Origin: Acidobacteriota bacterium | GTDB lineage: Bacteria > Acidobacteriota > UBA6911 > JACQSX01 | Direction of reading: 5' to 3' | NCBI GenBank assembly: GCA_036507075.1 | Contig: DASXQR010000179.1 | Span: forward strand, 1-57,018 | Length of the DNA: 57,018 nt | In this document: piece after piece, positions 28,979 through 37,802 of the stretch | Numbering within the stretch: position 1 is the stretch's first letter | How the letters are laid out: each line of letters opens with the position of its first letter | Position numbers and translations under genes: made by a program | The notes under the pieces: generated by a model | What the model was told of the DNA's origin: nothing | Seen by the model: only the letters and a program-made list of their open reading frames with translations | Databases searched by the model: none

Positions 28979-31276
28979 ATGAGGCAAGCTAGAACGGTGT
29001 TGGTTGTGCTGATGATGCTGACGTTGTGTGGGTGTCTCACCTTGGCGCAGTCGACTACCTCAAACGAACAACAGTCGGAAGCTAAAGTCAAAGTCAAGAA
29101 AGCAAAGAAGTCTGACTCCAATGGAAATGGAAGTCAGAACGGCTATTCAGCGACGACGCCAAGCACCAGCGAGACTATGAGTGCTTCGTCCTCAAGTCCT
29201 CAGGCGGCGGCTGCCGGCACCACAGTTACGGCAACCATCAGCACGGGCGGCAGTCCTTACAAGTCGCGGATTAAATGGTTGCAGCCGACCATCCACGGCA
29301 CCACCGGGTTGTTTGATGTTTTCAGCGCTGAAGGCCTGCGCAAAGGTGAATTCAGTTTGCAGCTCGGCTACAGCAACTACGACCGCGATCCGGGCGATCT
29401 GGATATCAGCGATTTTCCCGTGACATTTACCCTGGGTCTGGGAGACCGCGTAGAGTGGGCCCTCGGCTGGAATACCCAGCGTAGAATCGACGCCGACGAC
29501 ATTCTCTTTTATCAGACGTCTCCTCGCGGTCCGGTTCGTCCAACCAGGATCCGCAATGAGCCTTTGAGCGCATCTCCGGTGGCTTACTACAACGGAACGC
29601 CATTTCTGGATCTCGCTTGGTCAGAAGGAATGTCGGATCTGTTCAGCAGCATGAAATTAAATCTGATGTCGGAACATCGGGATCAGCCGTTCGGTCTGGC
29701 ATTGCGGGGAAACATTAAAGTGCCAAGCTCCCGGCATCAGGAAAGTCTAACAGGCGGCCGCACCACGGGCGAAGTGGACGGCGGCGTCGAACTGCTCTTG
29801 TCAAAGTACGCGGGCCCGGCCACCTTGATGCTCAATACCGGCGTTCAATTCGTGGGCGATCCGCGCGAGGTGGAATTGCAGAATGAGTTCCGTTATGGCG
29901 CGGGCCTGGCGATCGGAACGCATCCGGTTCAGTTGATCGGTGAAGTCGCGGGAACCGTCTGGTATGGGGACAAAGGCGCCAGTTTTGCGAACCCGCGCAG
30001 CCCGGTGGACGTTGTCATCGGCCTGCGTTTCCTTCCTGCAAAGCCGTTCTCGTTCGGCGTGGGCTATCGTTACAACGCCAGAATCTGGCGCGGCGAAGCG
30101 TTCGGCGGGCAGCCGGCCGATCATTCCGGTTTTGTCGCCAGCCTGGCCTTCAATCGCAAGATCAATCGTCCGCCGACAGTGGAATGCACCGTCGATGTCT
30201 CGACGATTCAGCAGCGCGGTCGCGCGACCGTGCGGGCCAAGGTCACCGATCCGGATGACAGCAACGTTACAGTCACCTGGAGAACAACCGGCGGCCGGGT
30301 CAGCGCAACGGGCGACACGGTCACTTTCGAGACGGGCGACCTGACGGAAACAGCGCCGGGCCGGTACACGTTGACTGCCGAAGTGAGTGATGGCACCAAC
30401 ACGGCCACCTGCAGCGCCGATATTACCGTCGAGAAGTTGAAGCTGGCGCCGCGTCTTGCCTGCGAGCCTTCCACGCAGACAATCCGCATGGGTGACACGG
30501 CCACCATCACGGCCCGCGCCACCGACGAAAACCCGGGTGAGACTCTGACGTACACTTGGGAAGTTGATGGCCAGCGTGTTTCGAACACGGGCAGCAGTTA
30601 CACGTTCGGTTCTTCCGGACGCACTCCGGGAAGACACACGATTCGAGTCACAGCCACCGATCCGGATGGCTTGACGGCCACCTGCGAAGTCAATGTTGAC
30701 ATCCAGGCCCCGCCGCCGGCACCCGAAGTGATGACGTGCGACCTGACCGTGAGCCCGAGTTCTGTGACTGCCGGCGAAACTGTGCGAGCCAGCGTCCGAG
30801 TGAACAACAGCTCGGGTGGCAACAGCTATAACTGGTCGCTCGACGGCAGAACGCTGTCCGACAAGACCGGATCGGATATCACCATCGACACGGCCGGACT
30901 GGCTCCCGGAAGCCACTCTGTCAGCGTCACGGTAACCGATTCGTCGGGCAAGAATGCCACCTGCTCCGGCAGCTTCTCGATCGGCGCGGCCGCTGTGGCT
31001 GCTCCCGAAGAGCTGATCTGGAACAGGGACAAGGCGCGGCTGGATGAAATCGCGACCAGGCTCGAGAGCGATCCGAACCTGATTGCGGTCATCACCGGTC
31101 ATGCCCCGGGCAAGACCGACAAGCTGGCCGAGCGCAATGGCTTGCGCCTGGCGCAGCAGGCCAAGCGGTTCATCGTTGTCGACCGCAAGCATCCGGGCCT
31201 GAGGAACCGTATCCAGGTCAAGGGTGGCGATCGACGCGAAAACCGCCAGCTCACGATCGAGATCCGACCGCAGTAA
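28979..31276 (+). CDS. Outer-membrane protein: putative beta-barrel, three Ig/PKD-like domains, degenerate OmpA-like C-terminus
   Basis: RBS GAGGAGG, signal peptide, amphipathic strands, 'NRPPTVEC', 'LTYTWEVDG', 'LDEIATRL..VITGHA..NR' C-terminus. Confidence 0.8.
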   Translation: MRQARTVLVVLMMLTLCGCLTLAQSTTSNEQQSEAKVKVKKAKKSDSNGNGSQNGYSATTPSTSETMSASSSSPQAAAAGTTVTATISTGGSPYKSRIKWLQPTIHGTTGLFDVFSAEGLRKGEFSLQLGYSNYDRDPGDLDISDFPVTFTLGLGDRVEWALGWNTQRRIDADDILFYQTSPRGPVRPTRIRNEPLSASPVAYYNGTPFLDLAWSEGMSDLFSSMKLNLMSEHRDQPFGLALRGNIKVPSSRHQESLTGGRTTGEVDGGVELLLSKYAGPATLMLNTGVQFVGDPREVELQNEFRYGAGLAIGTHPVQLIGEVAGTVWYGDKGASFANPRSPVDVVIGLRFLPAKPFSFGVGYRYNARIWRGEAFGGQPADHSGFVASLAFNRKINRPPTVECTVDVSTIQQRGRATVRAKVTDPDDSNVTVTWRTTGGRVSATGDTVTFETGDLTETAPGRYTLTAEVSDGTNTATCSADITVEKLKLAPRLACEPSTQTIRMGDTATITARATDENPGETLTYTWEVDGQRVSNTGSSYTFGSSGRTPGRHTIRVTATDPDGLTATCEVNVDIQAPPPAPEVMTCDLTVSPSSVTAGETVRASVRVNNSSGGNSYNWSLDGRTLSDKTGSDITIDTAGLAPGSHSVSVTVTDSSGKNATCSGSFSIGAAAVAAPEELIWNRDKARLDEIATRLESDPNLIAVITGHAPGKTDKLAERNGLRLAQQAKRFIVVDRKHPGLRNRIQVKGGDRRENRQLTIEIRPQ

Positions 31277-31292
31277 CCGGGGATCGATCGAC

Positions 31293-31415
31293 GTAGAGAC
31301 GCGCAACCCGCGCGTCTCTGCGTCGGGACATTTCAAGGCGTAGAGACGCGGCATGCCGCGTCTTAGCTCAGACGCGACATGTCGCGTCTCTACAGGCGAC
31401 ATGTGGCGTTTCTAC
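31293..31415. repeat. Cluster of four GTAG-type REP hairpins (two forward, two reverse)
   Basis: GTAGAGACGCG..CGCGTCTC at 31293 and 31340; ..GTCTCTAC ending 31393 and degenerate ..TTTCTAC ending 31415. Confidence 0.85.
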
Positions 31416-31433
31416 ACGCGCTGCCGCTGTGAC

Positions 31434-31466
31434 AAAAGAGAGCCGCGAGGTTTGCGGCTCTTTTTT
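31434..31466 (+). terminator. Intrinsic terminator, possibly bidirectional
   Basis: A-rich lead-in, stem GAGCCGC/GCGGCTC, then TTTTTT. Confidence 0.7.
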
Positions 31467-31527
31467 GTTGCGACAAAACCGAGAATCCGCAATCATGCTT
31501 ATAGATTGCGGAGGCCTTCCTGAAATC

Positions 31528-33633
31528 ATGCGTTTTAAAGCTTTAGCGCTCGCACTGCTCGGTTCGGCAACCCTTTCATTTGCCCAAACGATTGACTTTA
31601 AAGGTCCTTACGGGGGAGATGTCCGCTCGCTTGCGCTCAATCCCCACGCCCCTGGAGTGCTGATGGTCGGTACAAGCGACGGTCAGATCTTCCGCTCGCA
31701 GGACTCGGGCCTGCGCTGGGAGCGCACCGCCGGGGTGGGTCGAGGGGTGGTGGTCGACAACATTGAGTTTGATCCCAATATTCCCGGCCGCGTGTACGTG
31801 GGCACCTGGGACATGCGAAGGCTCAACGGCGGAGACCTCTATCGATCCGAAGATGGCGGCGCAACCTGGAGTGCTGTGCCCATTGCAGCCTCCGGCATCA
31901 GCATTCGCGCTCTGGCCATCGCGCCCAGCGACAGCAACACGATTCTGGTGGGCACGCTGGACGGCGTTTATCTGACGCGTGATGCGGGAAAAAGCTGGAG
32001 TTCAATTTCAGCGGGGGAGAGTGGATTAAAGCAGGTTGAATCGGTGGCCATCGATCCGAAAGACAGCAATGTCTTTTACGCAGGTACCTGGCATCTGGGC
32101 GCGCGCAGCTCCGACGGAGGAAAGACCTGGACCTGGATCAAACAGGGAATGATTGAGGACAGCGACCTGTTTTGCATTTCGATACATCCAATCACTCCTG
32201 ACGTAATTTATGCCAGCGCATGCAGCGGCGTTTACAAGTCGGCCAACCGTGGTACCCAGTGGGTGAAGCTGCGAGGCGGCCTCACTTCGCAAAATCGCCG
32301 TACGCATGTCATTTATATCGACCCCGTAAATCACAATCGCCTGTTTGCCGGCACCACCACGGGCCTTTATCTGTCCGAAGACGCAGGGACAAGCTGGCGC
32401 CTGATCACGCCTGCCGCGCTGGTGATCAATGGAGTCGAAGTCAATCCGCAAAATAATAAAGAAGTATATCTGGCAACTGAAGATGCGGGGATCCTGAAGA
32501 GCACAGACGGAGCGAAGACCTTTTTTCCATCCAACGACGGTTTCCTGCATCGCCAGATCTCGCAGATTGTGGCGGACCCTTCCGATAAGAATCGTCTTTA
32601 TGCCGGCTTGTTGTTCGATCGCAGCTACGGCGGATTTTTCATCAGCGAGGACGGCGGCAAAAACTGGCGTCAGAGCAACAAGGGAATTGCTCTGGAAAAC
32701 CTGGACATTTATTCCATTCTGCCGGGCAAGGACAAAGTCATTTACATCGGAACCGATGATGGGATTTACGCCAGCAAGGACGGTGGGGAGAATTGGGCAA
32801 AGCTGGACGCGAAGGCGCCTCCCCAGGATCTGCCGCAGCCGCTTGATGAAAATGGCGAGCCAAAGCGCGTTGCCGCGCCGGCCAAAACCGCGGCGGCGAA
32901 GCGGGCTGTCAAGCCCAAGGCGCCTCCTGCCATGCCGTTTCAGGTGAAGATCTTCCAAATGCAATTTCTTTCGCCGGACGAAAAGCAGATTATGGCCGCC
33001 ACGCAGGAAGGGCTTTTCAAAGGAGATCTGGAAAGCGGGATGTGGAACCGCATTCCGCTTCCCGAGTACCTTGGTCCGATCAACCAGCTTCATGTCGACG
33101 CCGGCAAAAATCTGATCCTGGCCGCTATCGGCACCAGGCTTTTTATATCCAACGACGGCGGACAAATCTGGAGCATAATAAAGGAAAGTTTGCCGGCTGA
33201 TATCCACGCCTTGCAGCCAATCTGGAGCATAACAGCGGAAAGTTTGCCGGCTGATATCCGCGCCTTGCAGCCTGTTCCTGCCGAGAAGGTGCTGCTTGTA
33301 GGGACGCGCTCAGGGCTTTACCGCAGCGTGGACAACGGTGAGGCCTGGACGCGAATCACCAAGGGAATTCCGTTTGTCGACATCAGCGTGCTCCGCATGA
33401 CCGAAGATGGCTCCATCTATGCTGCCGATTCGCTCAACGGAAATCTTTATGTCTCGCGGGATGCGGGTTCGAGCTGGAATGCTCTGACGCAGGGAAACAA
33501 CTCCAGCATTTCGTCGCTGCTAACCGGCCCGCCGGGCGGCAACATCATCGTGGGCTCTACTTCGGACGGGATTTACTCGGTCACGCCGAAGTTATCGCCG
33601 CCGGCGACTCCGGTCGCAGGGCAGCAGGATTAA
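31528..33633 (+). CDS. Secreted BNR/Asp-box repeat beta-propeller protein (Ycf48/VPS10-like)
   Basis: Signal peptide; many S-x-D-G-G-x-T/S-W Asp boxes; ATG at 31528. Confidence 0.85.
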   Translation: MRFKALALALLGSATLSFAQTIDFKGPYGGDVRSLALNPHAPGVLMVGTSDGQIFRSQDSGLRWERTAGVGRGVVVDNIEFDPNIPGRVYVGTWDMRRLNGGDLYRSEDGGATWSAVPIAASGISIRALAIAPSDSNTILVGTLDGVYLTRDAGKSWSSISAGESGLKQVESVAIDPKDSNVFYAGTWHLGARSSDGGKTWTWIKQGMIEDSDLFCISIHPITPDVIYASACSGVYKSANRGTQWVKLRGGLTSQNRRTHVIYIDPVNHNRLFAGTTTGLYLSEDAGTSWRLITPAALVINGVEVNPQNNKEVYLATEDAGILKSTDGAKTFFPSNDGFLHRQISQIVADPSDKNRLYAGLLFDRSYGGFFISEDGGKNWRQSNKGIALENLDIYSILPGKDKVIYIGTDDGIYASKDGGENWAKLDAKAPPQDLPQPLDENGEPKRVAAPAKTAAAKRAVKPKAPPAMPFQVKIFQMQFLSPDEKQIMAATQEGLFKGDLESGMWNRIPLPEYLGPINQLHVDAGKNLILAAIGTRLFISNDGGQIWSIIKESLPADIHALQPIWSITAESLPADIRALQPVPAEKVLLVGTRSGLYRSVDNGEAWTRITKGIPFVDISVLRMTEDGSIYAADSLNGNLYVSRDAGSSWNALTQGNNSSISSLLTGPPGGNIIVGSTSDGIYSVTPKLSPPATPVAGQQD
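33166..33273 (+). repeat. In-frame 54-bp tandem duplication within the BNR gene
   Basis: IWSIIKESLPADIHALQP followed by IWSITAESLPADIRALQP; near-identical DNA. Confidence 0.92.
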
Positions 33634-33639
33634 GCTTTA

Positions 33640-33978
33640 GGGTTGACGGGTTTCCCGAGTTACGAGTTTTCGAGTTGACGAGTTGACGAGTTTCGGGTTT
33701 ACGAGTTTCGGGTTGAGGAGTTTCGGGTTGACGGGTTACGGGTTGAGGAGTTTCGGGTTGGAGCAGGAAGTTCTTAGACTGCATAACCACAAACTGACCG
33801 CACGCGCGTGCGCAGCTAATGAGTAACGGAGAGCCCCCACTGTAGCAATAGAAGTACTGACTCGGAACCTCGGAAACCTGGAACTCGGAACTCGGAACTC
33901 GGAAACTCGGAACCTCGTAAACCCGAAACTCGTAAACCCGAAACCCGTCAACCCGAAACCCGTCAACCCGAAAACCCC
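33640..33978. repeat. Inverted pair of 7/8-mer arrays (GAGTTTC/GGGTTGAC)n ... (GAAACTC/GTCAACCC/CTCGGAA)n
   Basis: Left arm 33640-33760, right arm 33860-33978, ~100-bp spacer. Confidence 0.9.
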
Positions 33979-34455
33979 TTGTTCACCGGCAGCGTCATTG
34001 TCGCAGTCGCCATCAGCTCCCTGGTGCTGTTGTTGCTGCTTGTGATTGTTTATTTTCGGCGCAAGAGATTTCTTCAGCGCGGCGGGCTCACCCAGGTGGT
34101 GCATAAATACTATTCGCGCGGGTCAGCGCTCACCGACCGGCAGCGCGATTTGTTTGTGGCGCTGCTGTGTTATGAGGACCGGTATCCGAGCTTTGCCGCC
34201 ATCCTGGCCAAAGTGGCGTCCAAGTTCCCCCTTACGTACTTTTCAAAAAAGCCGGAATTTCAGCACGCGCTGGCAAATCTGGTGGATTTATCCGATTCGG
34301 GTACCGACATCAGCGGGCTCGCCATGGGAGAGCGCGCGGCGCTGGCCACTCTCGTTCGGGTGGTGATTGACGATCCGCACGTGCAGGAAATCTACGGAAA
34401 AGACCTTGAACCTTTGGTGGATACTTTTCTGGAAGAAATTCAGGCGGCTCCGTAA
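33979..34455 (+). CDS. Hypothetical protein with N-terminal TM anchor
   Basis: Hydrophobic N-terminus followed by RRKR; TTG start directly after the repeat arm, so start uncertain. Confidence 0.6.
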   Translation: MFTGSVIVAVAISSLVLLLLLVIVYFRRKRFLQRGGLTQVVHKYYSRGSALTDRQRDLFVALLCYEDRYPSFAAILAKVASKFPLTYFSKKPEFQHALANLVDLSDSGTDISGLAMGERAALATLVRVVIDDPHVQEIYGKDLEPLVDTFLEEIQAAP

Positions 34456-34488
34456 TTTCGCGCTTTCGCGCCTTCGCGGTTCCGGCTT

Positions 34489-37230
34489 CTATTTTCCTTT
34501 GGAAAGCTGCTGCAGAATATCTCCTAACTTGCGGATTTCTTCGCCGTAAGTTGCCCAATCACCCTCGCGTTGCGCCTTTATCGCGCGCACGTAGTGATCG
34601 GAGGCTTGCCGGATCAGTTCTTCGCGCCCGGCTGGGGAAGGAGCGGCACCCGGTGTTTCGCCTGGTTTGACCGCCGCCTGGCCCGGTTTTTGCGATGGCG
34701 GCTGGAGTTCTGCTGTTTGCGCTCCGGCGCGTGTGCCGGGCGCCGTTCCAAAAATCCGCGCCAGAGATTGCTCCAGTGTTTCCTCCATTGCAATCTGATT
34801 TCCGTACGCGACCACCACGCGCTTCAGTTCCGGGATTTTCCCCGCATCGGCGCGAAGGTAAACCGGCGAGACATAAATCAGCGATTCGTCGATCGGTATT
34901 ACAAGCAGCGTGCCAAAAATGACCTTCGACCCGCGCTGGTCCCAGAGCGAAATCTGGCGTGAAATCTCGGGGTCCTGGTTCAAACGGGCGCTGATCTGCT
35001 TTGGTCCATAGATCAGGCTCTGCTTTGGAAAAAGATAGACTCGCAGCTTTCCGTAATTGTCAGCATCGCTCCGCGCCACCATCCAGGCAGACAGGTTGTC
35101 TTTTCCCCGCGGCGTAAACGGCAACATCAGGATGAACTCTTCGCCCTGCTCGCCGGGTAGCTTCATGATCGTGTAATAAGGATGCATGTGAGGCGCCTGC
35201 GGGTTTTGCGACAGCGCCGGGACGTCCCACTGGTCTTCCTTGTTGTAAAAAACGTGCGGCTGGCCCATGTGATAGGTGGAATACACGGCCGTCTGAATGG
35301 AGAAAATGTCTTCCGGATAACGAATATGCCGCCGCAGATCCTCCGGCATTTCCGAGAGGGGATGAAACAGCGTGGGAAAAATATTGCCGTAGGTCTGCAA
35401 CAGCGGATCCGCCGTGTCGCTGACGTAGAAACGGATGCTTCCATGATAGGCGTCGACCAGAACCTTCACTGAATTGCGGATGTAATTGCCCACCTCCTCC
35501 ATCGGCTGCGAGTAGGGAAAGCGGTCCGTTGTGGTGTATGCGTCTTGAATCCAGAACAGGCGGCCTTGCGAGATGACCATGTAGGGATCACGGTCCAATC
35601 GAAGGAATGGAACCACCCGGGAAACTCGGTGCTGCATCAGCCGATAATAGAGCACGCGACTCTCGGCGGTGATATCGCCGGAAAGAAGAATCTTCATCGA
35701 TCCCAGCCCGGCTGCAAAAACCAGTTTTCTAAAAAACGATCTTACCGGAACTCCGCCTGAACCTTCATAGTTGCGGTACACGTTCTGCTCGCCGGCAGGA
35801 TAGTCAAATTCCCCGGCGCGCGTTTTCACGATGGCGTAGCTCCGGGTCAGTTCGCCGAAGTAAATTTCGGGCCTGTCTATTCGCAAGTCCGGTACTGCTG
35901 ATTTTGGTGGAATGTCCTTGATCAGCAGAACCGGAAGACCTTCGCTTGTGACACGATTGACCGGACCGAGTGTCGCCCCATAGCCATGGGTAAAAGTGAG
36001 ATGTTCGTTGATCCAGTTGCGGGTCGGCAGGCTGTCGGTCAGCAGCTCGCGCGCGGAAAGCATGGTTTGTTGAAGCCGGCCGTCGATCAGATAGCGATCG
36101 TTGTCTACCGATGCGAAGTTGTAATAAGTCCGGATTTCCTGTATCTGGCTGAAAGTATCCAGCAGCGGACCGTGATCCCAGAGCCGGATGTTCCTTATAG
36201 TGGCGTCGTTCTCTTCAATATCCGACTTGGTCAGGACCTTGTCGCCGTTCAGTTGCCGGTCTTCCACGGCATCCAGACCGTAAGCATGCCGCGTAGCTTG
36301 AATATTGTTGACGATAAACGGAGTCTCTCTCGCCAGCTCGTTGGGAGCTACGGAAAATCGCTGCATCAGCGCCGGGTAAAGGATTTTAGCCGCTGTCATT
36401 GCCAGGTACAGAAGCACTGTGATGCGAATGGCGTGGCGAAGCCTGCCGGCAGCGGCTGCCGCGATCAGCAGTGACAGCGCCGCCGTTACCACAGCCGAGA
36501 CGCGCGCCAGCGGAATCCTGGCATGCACGTCCGTGTAGCCGGGTCCGGCGAACAACCCGTCTTCGGATGTCATCAGCCTGTACGGCTCGAGCCATTCGCT
36601 CGCAGCCAGCAGGATGAGCGCCAGCGCGCCGAGAATCATCAGGTGAGTCCGCGCGCGCGACCCTGCGGAAAGCCTTCCGCGAAGGGAAAGCTGCTGTGCC
36701 AGAGAATAAATAAGCGCCGCTGCCGCCAGACAGACCAGCGTCAGGAACAGCGCGGATCGCAGAACGGTCGAGTAAACCGGAAGTTTGAAGACATAGAATC
36801 CGATGTCGCGGCCAAACAGAGGATCCGACTTGCCGAACGTCTGACCGTGCAGAAAACCCAGGATCACCTGCCACTGAGAACTGGCCGCGAGTCCGGCCAT
36901 TCCCCCAAGGACAAGAGATCCGGCTCCGGCTACCCATTTGAGGAATCGTCCGCTCAGAGAAATTTCCCTCACGTCGACAAATCCAGGGGTTTTTTGAACC
37001 AGAACGAAGCGATTTCCACCAATTGCCAGGCTGGCATTAAGAAAGAGAATGCCCGCCGTGAGGGCTGCGGCGCCCAGGCCGATCACGAACTGAGTTTTCA
37101 AAATCCTGGTGAAGACCTCCAGGTAGCCGAGTTCCTGAAACCAGTACCAGTCCATCAGCAGTCCCACAGCGGTGTTGAAGAAAAGGTAGACTGCAAATGC
37201 GGCCACCAGCAGGATCAGCAACAGGCGCAT
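34489..37230 (-). CDS. UPF0182 family membrane protein
   Basis: DWYWF..LGY, DPLFGRDIGFY, NIRLWD, DNDRY, THGYG, NYIRNSVK, IPELKRV; ATG at 37230, because the longer ORF call reads through repeats. Confidence 0.93.
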   Translation of the reverse strand: MRLLLILLVAAFAVYLFFNTAVGLLMDWYWFQELGYLEVFTRILKTQFVIGLGAAALTAGILFLNASLAIGGNRFVLVQKTPGFVDVREISLSGRFLKWVAGAGSLVLGGMAGLAASSQWQVILGFLHGQTFGKSDPLFGRDIGFYVFKLPVYSTVLRSALFLTLVCLAAAALIYSLAQQLSLRGRLSAGSRARTHLMILGALALILLAASEWLEPYRLMTSEDGLFAGPGYTDVHARIPLARVSAVVTAALSLLIAAAAAGRLRHAIRITVLLYLAMTAAKILYPALMQRFSVAPNELARETPFIVNNIQATRHAYGLDAVEDRQLNGDKVLTKSDIEENDATIRNIRLWDHGPLLDTFSQIQEIRTYYNFASVDNDRYLIDGRLQQTMLSARELLTDSLPTRNWINEHLTFTHGYGATLGPVNRVTSEGLPVLLIKDIPPKSAVPDLRIDRPEIYFGELTRSYAIVKTRAGEFDYPAGEQNVYRNYEGSGGVPVRSFFRKLVFAAGLGSMKILLSGDITAESRVLYYRLMQHRVSRVVPFLRLDRDPYMVISQGRLFWIQDAYTTTDRFPYSQPMEEVGNYIRNSVKVLVDAYHGSIRFYVSDTADPLLQTYGNIFPTLFHPLSEMPEDLRRHIRYPEDIFSIQTAVYSTYHMGQPHVFYNKEDQWDVPALSQNPQAPHMHPYYTIMKLPGEQGEEFILMLPFTPRGKDNLSAWMVARSDADNYGKLRVYLFPKQSLIYGPKQISARLNQDPEISRQISLWDQRGSKVIFGTLLVIPIDESLIYVSPVYLRADAGKIPELKRVVVAYGNQIAMEETLEQSLARIFGTAPGTRAGAQTAELQPPSQKPGQAAVKPGETPGAAPSPAGREELIRQASDHYVRAIKAQREGDWATYGEEIRKLGDILQQLSKGK

Positions 37231-37316
37231 GGCAAGTGGTTTGAAGGGCAAGGAGCGTGCTTTCCGCGAAGTCTTCAAATGGATTCCGGAGGCGATTATA
37301 TCATCTGGAGCGAGAA

Positions 37317-37798
37317 CGGAAAGCGGAAGGCGGAAAGCAGGAGGCAGGAGGCAGGAGACAGGAGGCAGGAGGCGGGAGGCGGGAGACAGGAGGCGGGAGG
37401 CGGGAGGCGGAAGATCCAACGTCAGCCGAACCGCGCGCGTGAGCAAGCGGACTCTCGATGCAGCAATTCTCGGGACGTCCGCGCTGGTCCTCACCGCAGA
37501 GTCGCTAAGGACGCTGAGAAGCCGCGGAGTTTCAGCGCCTCTGCGCCGGCTCGGCGGTCTTAGCGCCTCTGCGGTGAAAGAAATTTGTCGATCACCAGCA
37601 TGAGGGTTGTTTTGGCCGGTGGTAACCGGACGCATGGAGGGTCCGCTTGCTTACGCGCGCGGTTCGGCTGTCGGTGGATGCTCCCCCTTTCCGCCTTCTG
37701 CCTTCTGCCTCCTGCCTTTTGCCTCCTGCCTTCTGCCTCCCGCCTCCTGCCTTCTGCCTCCCGCCTCCCGCCTCCTGCCTTCCGCCTTCCGCTTTCCG
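37317..37798. repeat. Three-layer nested palindrome: outer (GGAGGCA/G)n/(TGCCTCC)n, middle REP pair, inner CACCGCAGAG..CTCTGCGGTG hairpin
   Basis: Arms 37317-37413 / 37689-37798; REPs 37423-37460 / 37632-37670; inner 37492-37576. Confidence 0.9.
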
Positions 37799-37802
37799 CA
37801 TT

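Noticed and set aside
28548..28982. 144-aa ORF between the HisKA-like and outer-membrane genes
   Set aside because: Atypical composition, no motifs, and it spans an AT-rich probable promoter region; no ncRNA recognised there either
31293..31415. Possible mini CRISPR array (also considered for 44897-44962)
   Set aside because: Repeats are in mixed orientation with irregular or absent spacers, and no cas genes are present; a REP interpretation fits better
37231..37635. 135-aa N-terminal extension of the UPF0182 ORF
   Set aside because: It reads through the nested repeat; family-like sequence begins at the ATG at 37230
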